Below, one piece after another: positions 41,407 to 51,696 of a stretch of 64,000 nucleotides of DNA; position 1 is the first letter of the stretch; each line of letters opens with the position of its first letter. Source of the stretch: a virus (taxonomy: Duplodnaviria; Heunggongvirae; Uroviricota; Caudoviricetes). Both the position numbers and the translations under genes were made by a program. Location of the stretch: IMG/VR virus record IMGVR_UViG_2565956624_000008; one strand, 5' to 3'. The notes below the pieces were generated by a model. That model ran no database searches. It saw only the letters and a program-made list of their open reading frames with translations, and was not told the DNA's origin.

Positions 41407-41985
41407 ATGTTGCGCTTTACTGAGGAAGAGTTTCAGGCTTTTAGTGAGCGTAGAAATAAGGGGCGGTCCAGGCCAAAAACCAAAAAGGATCCATTCTTAT
41501 CGCTTGCGCCGGTAAAAGAAGTTTCTCCACATGCGAAGGCACTTGCAGCACTGGCAAAGAACCCAGACCTGCGCGACGGAAATTGCGAGCACTTCGAGCA
41601 GGTTTTCATTTTTGATTACTTCGAACGCAAGCACCCTGACATCTATGAGCTGTTGCATGCAACGCCTAACGGAGGGAAACGTTCAAAAGCAACCGCCGGG
41701 AAAATGAAAGCTGAAGGGCAGAAAAAAGGTTATCCGGACATGAGTCTCGATAAAGCATGCGGTATTTATCACGGCATGCGAATTGAGCTTAAAGAACCAA
41801 ATGGTAAAGCCCCGACGAAAGAGCAGATCGCCTGGATGCGCAGGCTTAGAGAGGAAGGTTACTACGTCGTTCTTGCGTATGGTGCAGAACAAGCGATAAC
41901 CGCCATCTTGGAATACATAAGCCTTAAAAAGGGTGAGGCTATTGAGCATGTATTGAACGGCGACAAGTGGTTGTATGCTGCTTAA
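41407..41985 (+). CDS. VRR-NUC-type nuclease
   Basis: PD-(D/E)xK-like core GYPDMSL ... GMRIELKEP ... Q..W. Confidence 0.5.
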   Translation: MLRFTEEEFQAFSERRNKGRSRPKTKKDPFLSLAPVKEVSPHAKALAALAKNPDLRDGNCEHFEQVFIFDYFERKHPDIYELLHATPNGGKRSKATAGKMKAEGQKKGYPDMSLDKACGIYHGMRIELKEPNGKAPTKEQIAWMRRLREEGYYVVLAYGAEQAITAILEYISLKKGEAIEHVLNGDKWLYAA

Positions 41986-42181
41986 AATAATAAATTAATT
42001 AGTACATATGCGCCATTTGATATAGCGCACATTAACATCGGGAGAATAGTCGTGTCATCCAAGGTTAATTATGAATCGCTGGCATCGATCATGCCGCGTA
42101 ATGAACAGGAAACAGATGCTGTAGTGGACCCTGTAATCGCTGAAATGAATGCTCGCCTGGAGGCTGAATTTGCAGCTGAGA

Positions 42182-42811
42182 ATGAACATACCACCCAGGG
42201 CGACTAGGACTGTTTTTTGTGTCGGTAGCGGTCCGTCACTCACTCGTGAGGACTGTGCTGCTATAGAAAAAACTGGCTGTTCAATCATCGCGGTTAACAA
42301 TTCCTGGCAGATGTTCGATGACATTTATGCCTTATACGCCGGTGATTTGTCATGGTGGAAGCAATACGGATCCACCATACCGGGAGGGAGATTCCGCAAA
42401 GTGACAGCCAACCTGGCGGCGGCGAAATCATTTTCGTTGGAGTACAGGCGATATTGTGGACCGGCGGAAGGGGTAAATAGCGGCGCGCAGGCTATCAGTC
42501 TGGCTGCTGAATCAGGGGCTGAAGTAGTGGTATTAGTCGGCTATGACTGTTCTCTGCAAAACGGCCTTCATTGGCATGGCGCGCACCCTCAAGCACTACG
42601 GAATCCAACGCAGGTGTCTATTTCAAAATGGCAACAGCAGTTCCTGGATACCCGCAAAAAACACGCAGATTTACATATTTTGAATGCAAGTAGGAGCAGT
42701 GCAATTCAATGTTTCCCAAGAATAAATTTAGAGGCAGTGATCGCGTTATTATCGTCGGCAGTGGCCCAAGCGCCGCAAACTTTGTTGCGCCGCGCGGAGT
42801 GCCGATTATAG
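42182..42811 (+). CDS. Rossmann-like protein, paralogue 1 (GSGPS motif)
   Basis: VFCVGSGPSLT N-terminus and VVLVGYDCS; paralogous to the next ORF. Confidence 0.35.
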   Translation: MNIPPRATRTVFCVGSGPSLTREDCAAIEKTGCSIIAVNNSWQMFDDIYALYAGDLSWWKQYGSTIPGGRFRKVTANLAAAKSFSLEYRRYCGPAEGVNSGAQAISLAAESGAEVVVLVGYDCSLQNGLHWHGAHPQALRNPTQVSISKWQQQFLDTRKKHADLHILNASRSSAIQCFPRINLEAVIALLSSAVAQAPQTLLRRAECRL

Positions 42812-43335
42812 CGGTCAATGGGGCCATCGACTGGCTTAACCGCGCTTCTTATTTTTTCACCCTTGATCCATCCCCAGACAATATGCGGCGCGTTGGTCGT
42901 GGCCGCCGTCGCCGTGGTGTTTGTTATTGCATGGCACTACCCGATGTTAAAGAACGTGAAGTCAGAGATGGCGTTCTGTGCTTCCGTCGTGTGGCTGAAC
43001 GCGGCATGGAGCCAAAAAATACGAATTCTCCCGAGTGGTGGGCGTGGCGCTGGTCCGCACATTTCGGCCTTTGCGAAGATGAGAATGAAATTGCCAGCGG
43101 CAATAGTGCATATGGTGCTCTGAACCTGGCTTTCCATATCGGATTCAAACATGTAGCTCTGGTGGGCGTTGACGCTACGCAAGAACTACGCGTTCACTCC
43201 GGCGGCACGCCAAAAAATCTAAGTCACCTGCCTTTGTTATTCCAGTCTGCGCGTGAACAGATTGACGTTGTTTCATGCGGGAAAATGGGAGGTATTCCGC
43301 AGATGACTCTTAAAGAATGGCTGAAGAATACATGA
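42709..43335 (+). CDS. Rossmann-like protein, paralogue 2 (GSGPS motif)
   Basis: [13 protein letters not shown] ... IIAVNGA; overlaps paralogue 1 by about 100 bp in another frame. Confidence 0.35.
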   Translation: MFPKNKFRGSDRVIIVGSGPSAANFVAPRGVPIIAVNGAIDWLNRASYFFTLDPSPDNMRRVGRGRRRRGVCYCMALPDVKEREVRDGVLCFRRVAERGMEPKNTNSPEWWAWRWSAHFGLCEDENEIASGNSAYGALNLAFHIGFKHVALVGVDATQELRVHSGGTPKNLSHLPLLFQSAREQIDVVSCGKMGGIPQMTLKEWLKNT

Positions 43336-44009
43336 TGGCACCCACAATTTATCACCGTATCGACGGTACCAAATACAGGAATGTCTGGGTTGTTGGTGAT
43401 CTGCATGGTTGCTACACCAGACTGATGTCCGAACTCCATCGTGTGGATTTTGACCCGGCGCAGGATTTACTGATATCGGTCGGCGACCTTATCGATCGCG
43501 GTACTGAAAATGTCGAATGTCTGGAACTATTGCAGATGCCCTGGTTCAGGGCAGTGATGGGGAACCATGAGCGGCTGATGATTGATGCGTTAAGTCCAGA
43601 TGGCAACGTGAATAACTGGCTAATGAATGGCGGACAATGGTTCTTCATGCTGGACACTGATCAGGAAATATTAGCCTGGGCGCTGGTGGAGCTGGTAAAG
43701 CGTCTGCCCTATATCATTGAGTTGAACACGGGGCAAGAAACTATCGTTATAGCCCATGCCGACTATCCGGATAATGAATACCAATTCGGTAAGGAGGTGC
43801 CGCTTTTCAACGTTGTCTGGGCGCGCGAGCGTATCAGTGATTCGATGGATGATATTGGTGGCGAAATTTCGGGCGCAGATCGTTTTATCTTTGGTCACAC
43901 TCCGGTGAAAAGCCCGAAGACATTCTGGAATCAGCAGTATATCGACACTGGTGCCGTATTTTGCGGAAACCTGACATTGATGAAAGTGAAAGGTGATGGT
44001 GCAGCATGA
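43317..44009 (+). CDS. ppp: Ser/Thr protein phosphatase (calcineurin-like metallophosphoesterase)
   Basis: Motifs [20 protein letters not shown]. Confidence 0.7.
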   Translation: MAEEYMMAPTIYHRIDGTKYRNVWVVGDLHGCYTRLMSELHRVDFDPAQDLLISVGDLIDRGTENVECLELLQMPWFRAVMGNHERLMIDALSPDGNVNNWLMNGGQWFFMLDTDQEILAWALVELVKRLPYIIELNTGQETIVIAHADYPDNEYQFGKEVPLFNVVWARERISDSMDDIGGEISGADRFIFGHTPVKSPKTFWNQQYIDTGAVFCGNLTLMKVKGDGAA

Positions 44010-44707
44010 AGATTGCTTTAGTTTTTCGCTCTGGTGGTGACTATAACGCTTCCGATGTGCAGTGGCTGGTTAATCAACTGCCAAAAGGCTATGAAATTAT
44101 TTGCCTGACAGACCTGAAGCGTTTACATGTACCTGGCGTCAAAGTTGTCCCATTGATCAACCAGTGGCAAAAGTGCCGTGGCTGGTGGGCGAAAATCGAG
44201 TTGTTCCGACCGGATATAACCGATGATCTGTTCTATCTGGATTTGGACACGGTTATTGCCGGTGATATACGCCCAATCCTAGAGCATCCACCAACCAGCT
44301 TCACCATGCTTAGGGATTTTTACCATCCACAATATCGTGGCAGCGGTGCCCTGTGGATACCAAATAGTGTTAAAGCGCATATCTGGAGTTCATTCTGGCA
44401 AGATCCGGAAGGTTGGATTTCTCGTTGTGTCACTACTGAGTGCTGGGGGGACCAGGGGTTCTTACGAAAGGTTATGGGCGATGATACACCAGCATTTCAG
44501 GATCTGTATCCAGGATGGTTTGTAAGTTACAAGGCCGATGTTGTGGAACCTGGTTCAAAATATGCGAGCGCGCGTTACTCCAGGGGGAATGGGGCATTAC
44601 CAAAAGACTGCCGAATAATCTTTTTCCACGGCAAACCGCGACCTCGCGAAGTGTCAGAGGATTGGCTTCCCCTTATCAGCTCATTTTTTGATCGAGAATC
44701 AGAATAA
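44006..44707 (+). CDS. Putative GT-A-like glycosyltransferase (tentative)
   Basis: YLDLDTVI (DxD-type) motif; 233 aa; weak assignment. Confidence 0.3.
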   Translation: MKIALVFRSGGDYNASDVQWLVNQLPKGYEIICLTDLKRLHVPGVKVVPLINQWQKCRGWWAKIELFRPDITDDLFYLDLDTVIAGDIRPILEHPPTSFTMLRDFYHPQYRGSGALWIPNSVKAHIWSSFWQDPEGWISRCVTTECWGDQGFLRKVMGDDTPAFQDLYPGWFVSYKADVVEPGSKYASARYSRGNGALPKDCRIIFFHGKPRPREVSEDWLPLISSFFDRESE

Positions 44708-44776
44708 TATTGCTCTAATAATTCCATATTTTTAAAACGTGATGTACACTCATCACGTTTTTTATTAGAGCAATCT
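44707..44776. promoter_or_regulatory. Inverted pair of C1 operator-like sites flanking a hairpin
   Basis: ATTGCTCTAATAATTCC on plus, ATTGCTCTAATAAAAAA on minus, around hairpin AAACGTGATG...CATCACGTTT. Confidence 0.55.
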
Positions 44777-44788
44777 ACAAGGTGTACT

Positions 44789-45007
44789 ATGTGGCCATTC
44801 CGACGGAAATATCACTACTGGCTGATCGCCTTTGTTACGCCGACCGGCGGTATCAGGCATGTCATCACCAGGTATCGCAACAAGAGACTCACCTTAGCCA
44901 GAATTTTACAGGCTGCCATAGGTGAGGGACTGGATACAAATTGCGTAGTCCTTCCTCCTTCATACTTAGGAAAAATGACCGAAGCACAAGCTAATACGGA
45001 ACTTTGA
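44789..45007 (+). CDS. Small hypothetical protein
   Basis: 72-aa ORF directly after the operator pair. Confidence 0.25.
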   Translation: MWPFRRKYHYWLIAFVTPTGGIRHVITRYRNKRLTLARILQAAIGEGLDTNCVVLPPSYLGKMTEAQANTEL

Positions 45008-45008
45008 A

Positions 45009-46271
45009 ATGAGCACTTCAGCACAAAACCAATCAATCGAAAATGTATGTATCCCTGATGTCCTGAATGCCGGTATCCCGGCCATTATCCAGAACATCCG
45101 GGCCGCGCAACGCCGCGTTAGTTGTGATGACCTCACAGCACGTTTTTTTGATAATGCGGTTCAGTCAGCGGAGATGCTTCACGCACAGCTTATTGATGTT
45201 TATAACGCAGAAGCTGATAGCCATAACTCCCTGGTAGATGCAGCTGAAAATATGCAGTTGGATCTCGGTCTGAAGGGTAAAGAAATTGAAGAGCTTCAGC
45301 TGGAAATTGAACATTTGAAACGCCAGCAACAGGACGCGATCGACGATGCGACGCATGACGCCAACCAGCGTGCTGATAATGCCGAACGTATAAGCATTGA
45401 GCTGGAAACAAAACTCAATGAAATGACTGCGATGGTTGAACTGCGGAACTCACAGATTTCAACGCTAAAATCTCAATATAAAGAGATCATGAAACTTGAT
45501 CCTTTTAACCTTGAGAAACGCTATAACAAAGCTAAAAGCGAGCGACAGGAACTGCGTAAGCAGGTCGCCGACCTTAACCAACAGCTCAAAAAAACTATTA
45601 AAGATGCAAGCGAGGCGCGCGTGGCATTTGCTAATAAAAAAGCAGAGGTTACCGCGCTGGTTAATGAGAATGCCAAATTTGCGACGCTCAAGAAGGAAAT
45701 GTATGGCATTACTGAGCGCCGTTTCCCTGCAAGCAAACTTCATCCGACGTTAGGGCAAATCTCCTTCTTCCCGCGCCTCCTGGCTTATGGGATCTCATCG
45801 CCTAAAGAGTTCAATAACGAGCGTCCTTATATCGTTTCTAAGCTGGACTTTGCTTATCAGTTCTGCTGCGACATGGGCTATGCCATTGATATCCGAATCA
45901 ACGAATGGTTGATGCCAAACTTCCAGCCGTTGGCAATTTTCCGCGAGTTCCAGCCGGAAGGTTGGGTAGAGTTCTTCCATGAATTGATCTGTAAAGAGAT
46001 GGAAAGCCGTCGCCCGGAATTGGTCCGTCGAGTTGAGTGGGCGCAAGAGGTTATGTTGGCAGATGCAGAGCTGCCGTTCGAACCGGAATTCATTGATGAT
46101 CTGGCAACTAAAGGGCTGCATACCCTGTTTGATGTGGTTACCCGCCGTCATGAGCAGTTGGTTGTCGAATTGGGTTTAGAGGAAACTGCGGCAAGAAGAC
46201 TTCTCGATGTTTGCTATGCACGTAGCGATGCATGGGAAAAAGAGAACGGCGGCACTATTTACGTTCGCTGA
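45009..46271 (+). CDS. Coiled-coil protein of unknown function
   Basis: 420 aa; central heptad-rich region. Confidence 0.35.
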   Translation: MSTSAQNQSIENVCIPDVLNAGIPAIIQNIRAAQRRVSCDDLTARFFDNAVQSAEMLHAQLIDVYNAEADSHNSLVDAAENMQLDLGLKGKEIEELQLEIEHLKRQQQDAIDDATHDANQRADNAERISIELETKLNEMTAMVELRNSQISTLKSQYKEIMKLDPFNLEKRYNKAKSERQELRKQVADLNQQLKKTIKDASEARVAFANKKAEVTALVNENAKFATLKKEMYGITERRFPASKLHPTLGQISFFPRLLAYGISSPKEFNNERPYIVSKLDFAYQFCCDMGYAIDIRINEWLMPNFQPLAIFREFQPEGWVEFFHELICKEMESRRPELVRRVEWAQEVMLADAELPFEPEFIDDLATKGLHTLFDVVTRRHEQLVVELGLEETAARRLLDVCYARSDAWEKENGGTIYVR

Positions 46272-46343
46272 TAGTTACAGTGTCACTTTTAATGCTGGTG
46301 GAGTGCTCCCACCAGCATTTTTTTCGTCCAATGAGGAGGGCAT

Positions 46344-46850
46344 TTGAGTATTTTCAATAAACACGCACACCAGGAACGTCCGTACATCGTCATAGTAGAT
46401 ATTGATGGGACGATATCAGAGGCAACGGAAGACAGGCTGCATTTACTTCCACCACCTGGCAAAGGTGCATTAACAGAGCACTGGAACGAGTTTAACCTTG
46501 CCTGTGACACTGATGCTCCCATCACTCCAGTTATTGATATGGTGCGCCAGTTGTCCGGCATTTACACCCTCTGGTTTGTAACCGGGCGCTGTGAGATAGC
46601 CAGGGATAAAACACGAGCCTGGTTGCGTAAGCACGTAACAAATGGGGCGGAGCCTTTGCTATCTATGCGTCCTGCCACCGATGACAGAAATGACGGTCCA
46701 GCAAAGATTGATCTCCTGAAGAAAATTGGTCTAAGTAAAATTGCGTTCGCGCTGGAAGATAAGATTGAAGTGGCGCGTGTTTTCAGGAGTCACGGCGTAC
46801 TTACGTTAATGGTCAGGGAGTATGAAAACGCGCTTCTCCATCAACAATAA
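46344..46850 (+). CDS. HAD-superfamily phosphatase (P1 pap position)
   Basis: N-terminal VIVDIDGTI (DxDGT) motif. Confidence 0.5.
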   Translation: MSIFNKHAHQERPYIVIVDIDGTISEATEDRLHLLPPPGKGALTEHWNEFNLACDTDAPITPVIDMVRQLSGIYTLWFVTGRCEIARDKTRAWLRKHVTNGAEPLLSMRPATDDRNDGPAKIDLLKKIGLSKIAFALEDKIEVARVFRSHGVLTLMVREYENALLHQQ

Positions 46851-46866
46851 TTGCTCTAATAAATCT
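46850..46866 (+). promoter_or_regulatory. C1 operator-like site overlapping the preceding stop codon
   Basis: ATTGCTCTAATAAATCT. Confidence 0.6.
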
Positions 46867-47044
46867 TGATTTTTAAAACAGAGAAAGTGAAAATAAAAAC
46901 ATGCCGTAAGGCGCGGCATGTATCCAATCAATCACAGGAGCTGAAAATATGAACACGGCATTCAAAATCATTATGGCCGCGATCTATTTCTGGCTGTTCT
47001 CTATCACTTTTGGCGGCATCGTCGCGCATGGGTAAGGGGGATGC

Positions 47045-47773
47045 ATGAAAGGCGAAGTGAAAGAGCGCGGCATGATTTTCAACGATGAGATGGTCCGAGC
47101 CATCCTCGAAGGAAGGAAAACGCAGACGCGGCGGATAATGAAAAATCAGCCTGCGGAAGTTGGTCCAGAAGCACCAGTGATGGTTAGGGAAATTGGTGCA
47201 GGTTTTCAGTGGTACGGGGCTGATGGTGTAAGCAGTGTTTTCAATTGCCCCTTTGGTATCGTCGGCGATCGAATTTGGGTTCGTGAAACATGGGCGATAT
47301 TAGGCAATGAGGATGGTTGCAGTGTGGACTGGAACGACAACCTTTGTCGTGGCGATGAGAAGAACGCAGCAAGGATTTATCGGGCCAGTTGCGAGCAAAA
47401 ACCTGGTGATTACGGCTTATGGTCGATACCCGATGATGCCGACTGGAAACCTCACACTGTGAATGAAAAGTTTGATGGTGGGTGGCGTCCATCAATTCAC
47501 ATGCCGCGATGGGCATCACGCATTCTGTTGGAAATTACCAACGTGCGCGTTGAACGGTTGAACGATATCAGCGAATGCGATGCAAGGGCTGAGGGCGTTC
47601 CGCCTGCTGGAAGTTTGCTTCCTGATCACCCGGGAACATTCCTTACTCCCAAGGGGGATTTCGCAATGGCCAAGGTTGCGTTCCAGCGCCTGTGGGAATC
47701 CATCTATGGTGAAGAAAGCTGGAACGCTAATCCCTGGGTGTGGGTAATCGAGTTTAAGCGCATTCAGGAATAA
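47045..47773 (+). CDS. ASCH-like domain protein (tentative)
   Basis: N-terminal FNDEMVRAILEGRKTQTRR resembles the ASCH GxKxxExR-type motif. Confidence 0.3.
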   Translation: MKGEVKERGMIFNDEMVRAILEGRKTQTRRIMKNQPAEVGPEAPVMVREIGAGFQWYGADGVSSVFNCPFGIVGDRIWVRETWAILGNEDGCSVDWNDNLCRGDEKNAARIYRASCEQKPGDYGLWSIPDDADWKPHTVNEKFDGGWRPSIHMPRWASRILLEITNVRVERLNDISECDARAEGVPPAGSLLPDHPGTFLTPKGDFAMAKVAFQRLWESIYGEESWNANPWVWVIEFKRIQE

Positions 47774-47856
47774 ACCGTGAGTATGCATCAAATCGTCAGT
47801 TTTTCAGGTGGACGAGCATCAGCCTGTCTCGTTCATCTGTTCGAATAGGTAGTGGC

Positions 47857-48060
47857 ATGACAATCGTAAAAACCCATACCGGCACCGTGATCACCAAAGA
47901 CGGTCCGCAGGTAAAAAAACTGCACCAAACAGAGCGGATGTGGGTCGTCGGCAAAAATGAGTTTTACCACAAAGATACCGGACGCCGCCACTTTGCAGAA
48001 AATACGCGCCGTCGACTGCTGTTAGACACCATCAAGCCTATCGAGGTGAAGCATGTTTAA
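47857..48060 (+). CDS. Small hypothetical protein
   Basis: 67-aa ORF. Confidence 0.25.
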   Translation: MTIVKTHTGTVITKDGPQVKKLHQTERMWVVGKNEFYHKDTGRRHFAENTRRRLLLDTIKPIEVKHV

Positions 48061-48292
48061 ACAGAACGAAAAAGCTATCGCTCAAATTGCTGATTATATC
48101 CCGCGTGCGTGCCGGGGTATGCAGTTGCAGGAAGCCAAAGCGCGCCTGGAGAAAAAAATTGCGCTCTATATTGATGACGGCTGTGATGCTGCCGTTCTTA
48201 ACGCGGCGTTCGCACCAGCTCTTAACAGTCATACTCGGGAGTCTTTTTTTTCGTGCATCGAAGCGCAACTCCGCAAAGGAGGCAGCCAGTGA
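48053..48292 (+). CDS. Small protein ending in the Ea22-like C-terminal motif QLRKGGSQ
   Basis: Shares the C-terminal motif with downstream paralogues; stop overlaps the next start (GTGA). Confidence 0.35.
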   Translation: MFKQNEKAIAQIADYIPRACRGMQLQEAKARLEKKIALYIDDGCDAAVLNAAFAPALNSHTRESFFSCIEAQLRKGGSQ

Positions 48293-48990
48293 GCAAAATT
48301 AATTACCGGGCACTGCGTGAGATAGCAAAACAGGCAACACAGGGCGAATGGGTCGCATTTATTTCGCCGGGTACTGGTACGTATGCGGTGCATACGCCCG
48401 GTGATAAACGATGTGAAGATGTTATCAAATGGACCGGCTTTGATGGGCTGAAAAACGCAGAGAACAACGCTCGTTATGTTGCCGCATTCAACCCAAAGGT
48501 TGCACTGGCGCTACTTGGTGAAATTAAGCGCCTGGAGGACACAAATATTGATGCTATGTGCCGAATAGCACCGCTTGAGACTAAGCTCGCGGCGCTGGTG
48601 GCAGAGAACGCCGGGCTGAAACACGCAATGGCCGTAACTCTTGAGCATGTGTCGGTCACGGATGCAGGGCAGGCTGGTGTTGCTGCAATGATTATCAACG
48701 ATGCCCTACACCACAGCGAAACTCCAGCTACCGATGCTTTTCTGGCTGAAATTCGTGCGGAAGCACGCAACGAGGGGATTAACTATACCGCCAGCCGTCT
48801 TGCTGCTGCGTTCAATCACGGATTTATCAATAAGTCTTTGCGTGAAGTTTTCGACGTTACACGCATGATTTTGTCAGCGAAAGAAGAGTTGGCTAATGAA
48901 GCGCATCCGATTGATGGCCTGTCTGGTGAATATGCGGAGAAATCCCTTGAAGAATGGGCGGAACAGATTCGCAAAGGAAGCAGCCAGTGA
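48289..48990 (+). CDS. Ea22-like family protein, paralogue 1
   Basis: GTG start after AAAGGAGG; N-terminus SKINYRALREIAKQATQGEWVA; C-terminus QIRKGSSQ. Confidence 0.45.
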   Translation: MSKINYRALREIAKQATQGEWVAFISPGTGTYAVHTPGDKRCEDVIKWTGFDGLKNAENNARYVAAFNPKVALALLGEIKRLEDTNIDAMCRIAPLETKLAALVAENAGLKHAMAVTLEHVSVTDAGQAGVAAMIINDALHHSETPATDAFLAEIRAEARNEGINYTASRLAAAFNHGFINKSLREVFDVTRMILSAKEELANEAHPIDGLSGEYAEKSLEEWAEQIRKGSSQ

Positions 48991-49277
48991 ATATCGACAC
49001 GACAATAACGATCGATACGCTCCTAAATACCGGTCTGGCACTTCTCGGTTGGCTTTACATCATGTCCCGCACATGGCGATGGCTGGGTTCCATTTTCCTA
49101 AAACAGTGGAAAAAACGGCGCAAACAGGAACTACGCCAGAAGGCATTAGAAGCGTTCTATGACGCATTTGAGCTTAGCCGCATTGAACCAGGTACAACAG
49201 CCAGGATAGCGACAAAAGGCGACCTGATGATAGTGATGTTCCGACAGGAGAGAGCAGAGAAAGGGGAATCAGCATGA
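48987..49277 (+). CDS. Small membrane protein
   Basis: GTG start overlapping the upstream stop; TM helix LLNTGLALLGWLYIM followed by a basic stretch. Confidence 0.35.
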   Translation: MNIDTTITIDTLLNTGLALLGWLYIMSRTWRWLGSIFLKQWKKRRKQELRQKALEAFYDAFELSRIEPGTTARIATKGDLMIVMFRQERAEKGESA

Positions 49278-49921
49278 AATTTTCCAAATTTTCTGAGTTG
49301 GTGAATCGTATTTTGTCCAACAACCACAGCCATCGTCGCGATATGGATGTAACAATCGTTGTTCATTCGCCTGGCAGCATTGGTTCAACACCTTCAGTTG
49401 AGGTTCAGTCAATTCACGCTGGTTTTGATTGGGATTCCGGGAAAGTGCTTATTTTCCCATCACAGCCACTGACCACGCTAACACCAGAACAGATTACTGA
49501 TATCACTGATAGTGTGCGCAAAGGTCAGTCTTGGCACGCATATCAGGAATACAAGAAGCATCAAGAGCAGTTGGAAAAATTGTCGATTGAACTGGATGCC
49601 GCAAAACAGCGCATTGCAGAGCTGGAGGGTAATCGCACGGCGCTGGCAGTGGAGAATGAGCTGGCTCGTAAGGCAGTTCAGGCATTCTGCGATGTTGTTG
49701 GCGACAACACCGAGGTTATCGCTGAGGTGGTTGGGCGAGATGGCGTTCTGGTTATTTTGGAGGCCATGAAGGCAACAGGAAATATGCCAGCCACCGATGC
49801 TTTCCTGGCTGAAGTACGGGCGCAGGGCGTGGAGATGTTTGCGGAGTGTGCATACACGCTTGAACATCATGATCACGCAGTAGCCTTCGCCGCTGAGCTT
49901 CGCAAAGGAGGCAACCAGTGA
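49274..49921 (+). CDS. Ea22-like family protein, paralogue 2 (different N-terminus)
   Basis: C-terminal third shared with paralogues (ALAVENELARKAV ... PATDAFLAEVRAQGVEM ... ELRKGGNQ). Confidence 0.4.
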   Translation: MKFSKFSELVNRILSNNHSHRRDMDVTIVVHSPGSIGSTPSVEVQSIHAGFDWDSGKVLIFPSQPLTTLTPEQITDITDSVRKGQSWHAYQEYKKHQEQLEKLSIELDAAKQRIAELEGNRTALAVENELARKAVQAFCDVVGDNTEVIAEVVGRDGVLVILEAMKATGNMPATDAFLAEVRAQGVEMFAECAYTLEHHDHAVAFAAELRKGGNQ

Positions 49922-50505
49922 GCAAGATTGACTATCAAGAACTGCGCGAGGCGGCGGAACAGGCAACGCAAGATGAATGGGTAGCATATATTTTGCCGGG
50001 TCATAACGGCATTTATCCTGCGCGCACGTCTGAGGGTAGGCATTGCGGATACTTTATTGACTGGCCTGGCGTCTGTCAGGGGCGGGAGAGCATCAGCATC
50101 AGAACCTACGCAGTGAATTGCAATGACGCATGGCTAAACACCGAAGGTGATGACATCTCCGGCTCATACGTTAAGTACAAAGACCATCAGGAAGTGGTTG
50201 CCGCTCTTGAGGCCAAGTGCGCGGCGCTGGCAGTGGAGAATGCGGCGCTTAAACAGTCGGAGAAGGAATTTAATAACTTCTGTCGTCAGGAGTACTACGG
50301 TTGGGAGGACAACTTCACGGAAACCCCAGCTACCGACGCTCTCCTGGCTGAAGTACGTGCGCAGGGGGTGGATATGGCTCGTAACGCGATGATTGATTTT
50401 GTTGATGGTGAAGTTGGGCCAAACAAGAACGTTCCGGGGCTGATTAGAGGCGCAGAGATATGCGTAAGTATTGCTGAACAGCTTCGCAAAGGAGGCAACC
50501 AGTGA
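49918..50505 (+). CDS. Ea22-like family protein, paralogue 3
   Basis: N-terminus SKIDYQELREAAEQATQDEWVA; C-terminus QLRKGGNQ; GTGA overlap with neighbours. Confidence 0.45.
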   Translation: MSKIDYQELREAAEQATQDEWVAYILPGHNGIYPARTSEGRHCGYFIDWPGVCQGRESISIRTYAVNCNDAWLNTEGDDISGSYVKYKDHQEVVAALEAKCAALAVENAALKQSEKEFNNFCRQEYYGWEDNFTETPATDALLAEVRAQGVDMARNAMIDFVDGEVGPNKNVPGLIRGAEICVSIAEQLRKGGNQ

Positions 50506-50948
50506 GCAAGATTGATTATCAAAAGCTTCGTGAAATCGCTGAAAAAACAAAAATTGCTGGTGAAGCACCTGTAATGCCCTTCGATCAGCGAATTAATGCG
50601 CTTAACGATTTTATGAAGCACTTTTCGCCAGATATCGCGCTGGCACTGCTGGATGAACGGGAAAGAAACCAGCAATACATCAAATCCCGCGACCAGGAGA
50701 ACGAGGATATTGCGCTAACGGTAGGGAAGTTGCGCGTTGAGCTTGAGGCAGAAAAACAGCGGGCAAAGGATCTGTTTATGGAAAATGCTCGGCTTAAGTC
50801 AGGTATAGCCGGTCTGATACACCTCGGTATTCGATATGCAGATGTTGATGTCATGAAAATTGCTGGAGATGCCCAGCTTTCTACCCCATGCACTGACAGC
50901 ATCATAAACAGCATTGCAACAGGCATTCGCATCAACGGAGGTGAGTAG
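50502..50948 (+). CDS. Ea22-like N-terminal domain protein, paralogue 4
   Basis: N-terminus SKIDYQKLREIAEKTK; divergent coiled-coil C-terminus. Confidence 0.4.
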   Translation: MSKIDYQKLREIAEKTKIAGEAPVMPFDQRINALNDFMKHFSPDIALALLDERERNQQYIKSRDQENEDIALTVGKLRVELEAEKQRAKDLFMENARLKSGIAGLIHLGIRYADVDVMKIAGDAQLSTPCTDSIINSIATGIRINGGE

Positions 50949-51120
50949 TGCGTGTGGCATGTATTGGCTTGTTACCGTACCCGACTCGTTTTTGGGCTTC
51001 TGCGCTAATTGCAAAGCCACATGTCCTGATGGCTGACAACATCATCCCGGCACCAAAGCGCCGCCATACCGGTATTGCAGCGGCACGACGAGCAGCAAAG
51101 AGACGCAGGAGAGCAAAGCG

Positions 51121-51300
51121 ATGAAAAACCGTAAGGCAAAACGACTTTTTTTACAGCGACCTGTGCGTGTGGTGGAGCTGGTTATTAGCAACCATAAGAT
51201 AGCGGTAATCCATCCATTATTTGGTCAGGTGGCTTTTGCCGCAAAGCGTAAGCCTACTGCGTCACAGAACAGGCGGAAGAAAGGGTACGCAGTAAGATGA
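51121..51300 (+). CDS. Small basic protein (MKNRKAK family, copy 1)
   Basis: 59-aa ORF below the track cut-off; first 20 nt nearly identical to the next gene start; stop overlaps the next ATG. Confidence 0.25.
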   Translation: MKNRKAKRLFLQRPVRVVELVISNHKIAVIHPLFGQVAFAAKRKPTASQNRRKKGYAVR

Positions 51301-51485
51301 AAAACCGTAAAGCAAAGATTCTGTTAGTTCGTAGAAACGCTCCTGGCGTCTGGCAGTGGGTGAGACTCAGCAACCGACGGATGGGGTTGATGAAATATTA
51401 CGGGATGATGGATTGTGGTTTTTGCAAAAAGCCCAGCGCGGCGCAAAACCGCTGGAAAAACCACTTGCGTACTAAAGGAGAGTGA
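51297..51485 (+). CDS. Small basic protein (MKNRKAK family, copy 2)
   Basis: 62 aa, pI clearly basic, contains CGFC. Confidence 0.3.
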   Translation: MKNRKAKILLVRRNAPGVWQWVRLSNRRMGLMKYYGMMDCGFCKKPSAAQNRWKNHLRTKGE

Positions 51486-51486
51486 T

Positions 51487-51696
51487 ATGGCTATCGCTGC
51501 AAGTTACACCATGCATCTCTATTGTGACTGCCGTCAGTGCACGGAAGGTGTATATCCAGTGCCAGACTTCGGTGAGTATATAGGTACGTCATGGGCTGGC
51601 TGTGCAAAAGAGGCGCGCAAGGATGGCTGGCGAATAAGCAAAGACAAAACACGTACTTTTGCGCCCGGGCATAAAGTTTTGAGGATTAACACATGA
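51487..51696 (+). CDS. Small Cys-rich protein
   Basis: MAIAASYTMHLYCDCRQCTEG...; internal start of the track ORF 51415..51696. Confidence 0.3.
   Translation: MAIAASYTMHLYCDCRQCTEGVYPVPDFGEYIGTSWAGCAKEARKDGWRISKDKTRTFAPGHKVLRINT

Noticed and set aside
42052-42207. 51-codon GTG-initiated ORF upstream of the first GSGPS paralogue
   Set aside because: Hand-read, below the track cut-off and overlapping the next gene start; plausible (GGGAGA RBS) but unsupported, so not listed as a feature.
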